A stretch of 64,000 nt of DNA from Patescibacteria group bacterium (lineage in GTDB: Bacteria > Patescibacteriota > Microgenomatia > Levybacterales > UBA12049): contig BPJB01000001.1 of the NCBI GenBank assembly GCA_026004395.1, forward strand, positions 905,226 through 969,225, read 5' to 3'. This document shows, one piece after another, positions 60,397-64,000 of the stretch. Both the position numbers and the translations under genes were made by a program. The notes beneath the pieces were generated by a model. That model saw only the letters and a program-made list of their open reading frames with translations. It had not been told where the DNA came from and searched no databases. The number at the start of each line of letters is the position of its first letter. Position 1 is the first letter of the stretch.

Positions 60397-61041
60397 TTAT
60401 TCTAGAATAAGATGCTTAATCTCATGCAGTTTCTTAGCATAGTCCTTTTGATCATTGACAAATTTTTTATATGCGTAGACTGATGGAAAAAGATCCAAAA
60501 CAGTCTTGGTATTACAGAGTTTTAAGGAAGATTCATCTATATACTCTTTATAACTTGACCATTCATACTCAGGATCTTTGCTCAGATTTGCCACTAGAGG
60601 ATTAAGGTGAATATAACGCGAGGTATGCATCAAAAGTTCGTCTGTTGGAATGGGTACAGATTTAAAAGACCCTTCAAAAAGTGTTCCTGCTCTTTTATAC
60701 TTGTTGTTGAAGTAATGTGTATAGGCATTGGATAACTGTTTCATAAATTGAGATATACCATTTTTCTCCTTTGCACGGATTAAAAAATGAAAATGATTGG
60801 GCATCAGGCAATATGCCAAAAGATCAACCTTTTTGGAAACATTTTTATTAAATAAACGCAGAGGAAGATCATGATACCTTTTGAGCACTTTTTCTAGTGG
60901 TGTGAGATAAATATATAAATAATAAAGAAAAATTCGATAATCCTGTTCATCCAAAAATATAGCTCTCTTATCCACGCCTCTATTAAAAATATGGTAAATA
61001 CCACCTACTTCAAAATTACGAATATGATACTTTGACGGCAT
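60397..61041 (-). mobile_element. REP-associated tyrosine transposase (RAYT/TnpA-REP, IS200-like Y1 HUH)
   Basis: YHIFNRG, AYCLMPNHFHFLI (HUH), GTLFEGSFKS, YIHLNP (catalytic Tyr), WSSY; palindromes immediately upstream. Confidence 0.9.
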
Positions 61042-61055
61042 AAAATTATCCTAAT

Positions 61056-61166
61056 AGAGGTGAAACCTCTTTGTCAATCTTTTTAGAGGTTTCACCTCTA
61101 AAAAGATTGTTATTACAATAAAAAAATAATTTTTATATATGTATTTGAATTAGAGGTTTCACCTCT
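61056..61166. repeat. Cluster of three REP-like palindromes upstream of the RAYT
   Basis: AGAGGTGAAACCTCT or its complement at 61056, 61085 and 61152; 61075-61109 is a perfect 16-bp-stem hairpin. Confidence 0.9.
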
Positions 61167-61213
61167 AATTTCTCTCCTTGACAAATACAAAATTCAACTG
61201 ATACTCTGGATTC

Positions 61214-63397
61214 ATGGCAAAAAATTCCAAACAAGAGATTCTCTCATATTTAGAAAACGTATCGCTTTTTATATTGGGAATCACTTTTTTAGCATTTCCT
61301 CTACTTTTTACTATTCTGACCACTGATGCATTTATTCTGCCCAAACAAATATTGCTTGCAGCAGCTGCTGCCATCTCAGTTATCGTATTGGGTCTTAGAA
61401 TGATTATTGAAGGAAAAGTTAGATTGCGAACTTCTCCTTTTGATCTACCAGTTTTCCTTTTCTTAGTCACACTTCTATTATCAGCATTATTTGCTGTCAA
61501 TAGATATGATGCCCTTATTAGTTTTGTTCCCATGTTTTTTGTTATCCTGCTCTATTTTGTAATTCAAAATCTTGTGCAAAATGAAAAATCTATTCTTTTT
61601 CTTGTATCAAGCTTGGTATTAGGAACTACGGCATCTACAATTCTTTCAGTACTCGCATTCTTCAAGATTTATCTATTGCCGTTTGATTACACTCATGTTC
61701 AAACATTTAGTACCTTAGGATCTCTCCTTGATCAAGCAATTTTTACCGCTCTCATCCTCCCGCTTGCTGGCTATATCGCATGGCCAATGATTAGCCCACT
61801 TTTTAACAAAAAAACATCTGAAATTTTTGGTGATTCTGAGCAAAGAAGAAATACAGTCACACCTCTTACCATTGTATTTTCAATTGCATCAGCAGTTCTT
61901 CTTATTGGATTAGGGGTAACGGTATATCAACTCGTTACATCAGCCAAACCTCTGATATTGCCCTTAACTACAGGGTTTCAGACGGCATTTGCAGCAATTT
62001 CACAAGATACTGGACGAGTCTTACAAGGTTTTCTTTTTGGCTCAGGATATGGAACATATTTCACAGATTTTACAAGGTTCAAGCAAGCTACCTACAATAG
62101 CAATCCTGATCTTTGGTCATTAACATTTTTCCGATCTAGTAGCTTTGTGTTGGAACTTCTCGCTACAACAGGAGTCTTGGGTCTAGGATCATTCCTCTTT
62201 ATTGTCTACAGATTTATCAAAGAACGATCTTTCTTCCTCCCTATGGTTTTGGCTATAGCTGCAGCCTTTTTGCTCCCCTTCACCTTCAATCTGCAGGCAC
62301 TTTTCTTCATCCTGTTGGCGATTTTTGTCGCACTCAGAGCTCTTCATGCACCATCTCGGTACGCTGATTTGGAGTTTTACTTTGTCGCACTTAAACACGG
62401 CCTAATTCTGGCTCAACCTGAGGGAGAGAGAGCGCCTCATGATAGAGTCAATACCAGATATGGCAAGATACTACCCTTTGCCTTTGTTTTTATACTGCTA
62501 GCTCTGATTGGATACGTTGGATTCTTTTCTGTACAATACGCAATCGCTAATGTCACGTTCCAGCGATCCTATGATGCAATCAGAAAAAATGATGCCCGAG
62601 CAGCACTTACTGCACAGGCTCAAGCTATTCAACGCTTTCCTTATGAAGACTTCTATCATGTAGAGTTTTCACGACTCAATCTAAGAATTGCCAATGCTAT
62701 TGCTGCCAATCAACCTCAAGGTGCATCACCCAGTGCTGAAGTTCAACAGGATATTATCAACTCAATTCAACGCGCTATAACAGCTGGAAGATCAGCGATC
62801 ACCATATCTCCTCAAACAGCTCTAAACTGGAATAACCTCTCTGAAATCTATCGCTCTTTAATCGGATTTGGACAAAATGCAGAACAGTTTGCTATCCTTA
62901 CTGCTCAGCAAGCAGTAACACTAGACCCATCAAATCCTCAACAATATATAAATCTTGGTGGAATTTATTATCAGCTTCAGTCTTGGGATGAAGCACAAAG
63001 ACAATTTCAGCTAGCAGTTAATCTCAAACCTGACTATGCTAATGCATACTACAACTTAGGACATGCTCTGGAAAATAAAGGTGATCTACAAAACGCACTT
63101 CAAGCATATCAAATAGTCCAGCAGTTAGTTGCGAATGATAAAGCCAACTCCGATCGCATCAAAAATGAAATTCAAGCTTTACAAAATAAAATTAAATCAG
63201 GACAAGCTGCTCAGCAACAAGCATCAAATCAATCCAATCAACAAAAACAAGAGGGTGATTTGAGTGTAAATCAACCAAGGACACAGCTTCCTGAGCAAAA
63301 AGAAAAAGCTGAAATACCAGCTCCTCCTAAAGCATTAATCACTCCTACACCAACACAAAATCCTTCTCCAACTCCCACCCCATCACCTACAGAGTAA
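61214..63397 (+). CDS. O-antigen-ligase-like polytopic membrane protein with C-terminal TPR repeats and PT tail
   Basis: About 12 TMs; FLFGSGYGTY, ELLATTGVLG; TPR motif (LKPDYANAYYNLGHAL); PTPTP tail. Confidence 0.8.
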   Translation: MAKNSKQEILSYLENVSLFILGITFLAFPLLFTILTTDAFILPKQILLAAAAAISVIVLGLRMIIEGKVRLRTSPFDLPVFLFLVTLLLSALFAVNRYDALISFVPMFFVILLYFVIQNLVQNEKSILFLVSSLVLGTTASTILSVLAFFKIYLLPFDYTHVQTFSTLGSLLDQAIFTALILPLAGYIAWPMISPLFNKKTSEIFGDSEQRRNTVTPLTIVFSIASAVLLIGLGVTVYQLVTSAKPLILPLTTGFQTAFAAISQDTGRVLQGFLFGSGYGTYFTDFTRFKQATYNSNPDLWSLTFFRSSSFVLELLATTGVLGLGSFLFIVYRFIKERSFFLPMVLAIAAAFLLPFTFNLQALFFILLAIFVALRALHAPSRYADLEFYFVALKHGLILAQPEGERAPHDRVNTRYGKILPFAFVFILLALIGYVGFFSVQYAIANVTFQRSYDAIRKNDARAALTAQAQAIQRFPYEDFYHVEFSRLNLRIANAIAANQPQGASPSAEVQQDIINSIQRAITAGRSAITISPQTALNWNNLSEIYRSLIGFGQNAEQFAILTAQQAVTLDPSNPQQYINLGGIYYQLQSWDEAQRQFQLAVNLKPDYANAYYNLGHALENKGDLQNALQAYQIVQQLVANDKANSDRIKNEIQALQNKIKSGQAAQQQASNQSNQQKQEGDLSVNQPRTQLPEQKEKAEIPAPPKALITPTPTQNPSPTPTPSPTE

Positions 63398-63415
63398 AAA
63401 ATATTAAAGAGAGTA

Positions 63416-63499
63416 TTAGAGGTTTCACCTCTAAAAAGATTGATAATACAATATAAACATAATTTTTATGTTGTCCTTGGATTAGGGGTTTCACCTCTG
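63416..63499. repeat. Second copy of an ~85-bp two-REP composite element
   Basis: Diverged direct repeat of 61083-61167, spacer included. Confidence 0.85.
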
Positions 63500-63507
63500 A
63501 GGGAGTG

Positions 63508-63545
63508 TGGACTCGAGCGGAATCGAACCGCCTACTCTTTCATGG
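63508..63545 (-). pseudogene. 3' half of a tRNA (Ala-type acceptor); probable att-site remnant
   Basis: Minus strand CCATGAAAGAGTA GGCGG TTCGATT CCGCT CGAGTCC A; the matching 5' half (GGGCTCG...) is absent from the adjacent sequence. Confidence 0.7.
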
Positions 63546-63707
63546 TATTAATCAGTATTGAATTTAATAATCTTTTAATAAATTTGTAGAGAGGAAACAA
63601 AAGTACTTTAGAAACAATAAACGTTTAAAACTAAGAAAATATATTTAAAATAAGAATTTAAATTCGATCTTCTATTTTAGAGACAATATCATTCCTCTTT
63701 ATAAGAA

Positions 63708-64000
63708 TTATTTTGTATTATAGCAGGTTTTTAATACACTTGATTTAGACCAAACACCATTTTTATCTATAGCATAAACCCAATAGCTTATTTTTTTATT
63801 GCAGGCAACAGGTATAGTGTAAGAATTAGTTATCACACTGTCATTCATCCAATCTCCGGGTTTCATGTTTGACTCACTCCATCCATTACTTCTATCATCA
63901 ACTCTTACTGCATAACGCACAGCACCCTCAACTGCTCTCCATTGTATTATTAAATTAGGGTATTTGTAAGAAGCGCTAAGATACATTGTGTCATTAAGGG
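63708..64000 (-). CDS. C-terminal part of a protein with an Fn3-like domain (probably runs off the right edge)
   Basis: W.AV.GA..Y.V...SYT.....Y.WV.A.D..G..S pattern; the frame stays open upstream of the ATG at 63986 to the window end. Confidence 0.6.
   Translation of the reverse strand, partial: LNDTMYLSASYKYPNLIIQWRAVEGAVRYAVRVDDRSNGWSESNMKPGDWMNDSVITNSYTIPVACNKKISYWVYAIDKNGVWSKSSVLKTCYNTK

Noticed and set aside
63505-63545. Complete tRNA or tmRNA gene
   Set aside because: No D-arm or matching 5' acceptor strand in the remaining ~450 bp; reported only as a fragment.

Overview
AT-rich bacterial chromosome segment. Gene content (split ComEC, orphan sortase, PEGA protein, O-antigen-ligase/TPR protein, many apparently leaderless genes, giant surface proteins) suggests a Patescibacteria/CPR organism, probably Microgenomates (inference). 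The left half carries housekeeping and envelope genes: three GT4 glycosyltransferases, a WecB/TagA-family enzyme, mreB, ndk, an M16 peptidase, argS, leuS, comEA/comEC, tRNA-Arg and tRNA-Pro, plus three pairs of a WxL-like secreted protein and a DUF916-like partner. The right half is dominated by a ~20.3 kb giant gene (34305-54586, broken by indels that look like read errors). It fuses two cytoplasmic tyrosine-recombinase core-binding (SAM-like) domains to a TM helix and a huge GNVGIGT-repeat fibre. I count 16 nucleotide-identical copies of a CpG-rich 20-mer (GGCAACGTCGGCATCGGGAC) in this gene. They sit at the junctions between duplicated backbone blocks and unique, compositionally distinct modules, which points to an in-frame cassette-shuffling system. 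This is the best candidate for a new system here. Also present: a DUF2341/PA14/6xLamG surface protein, a RAYT transposase with its REP-like palindromes (one copy inside argS), a second dispersed palindrome family with 8-bp periodicity centred on a TrpR-like gene, and an orphan 3' half of tRNA-Ala that looks like an att site.
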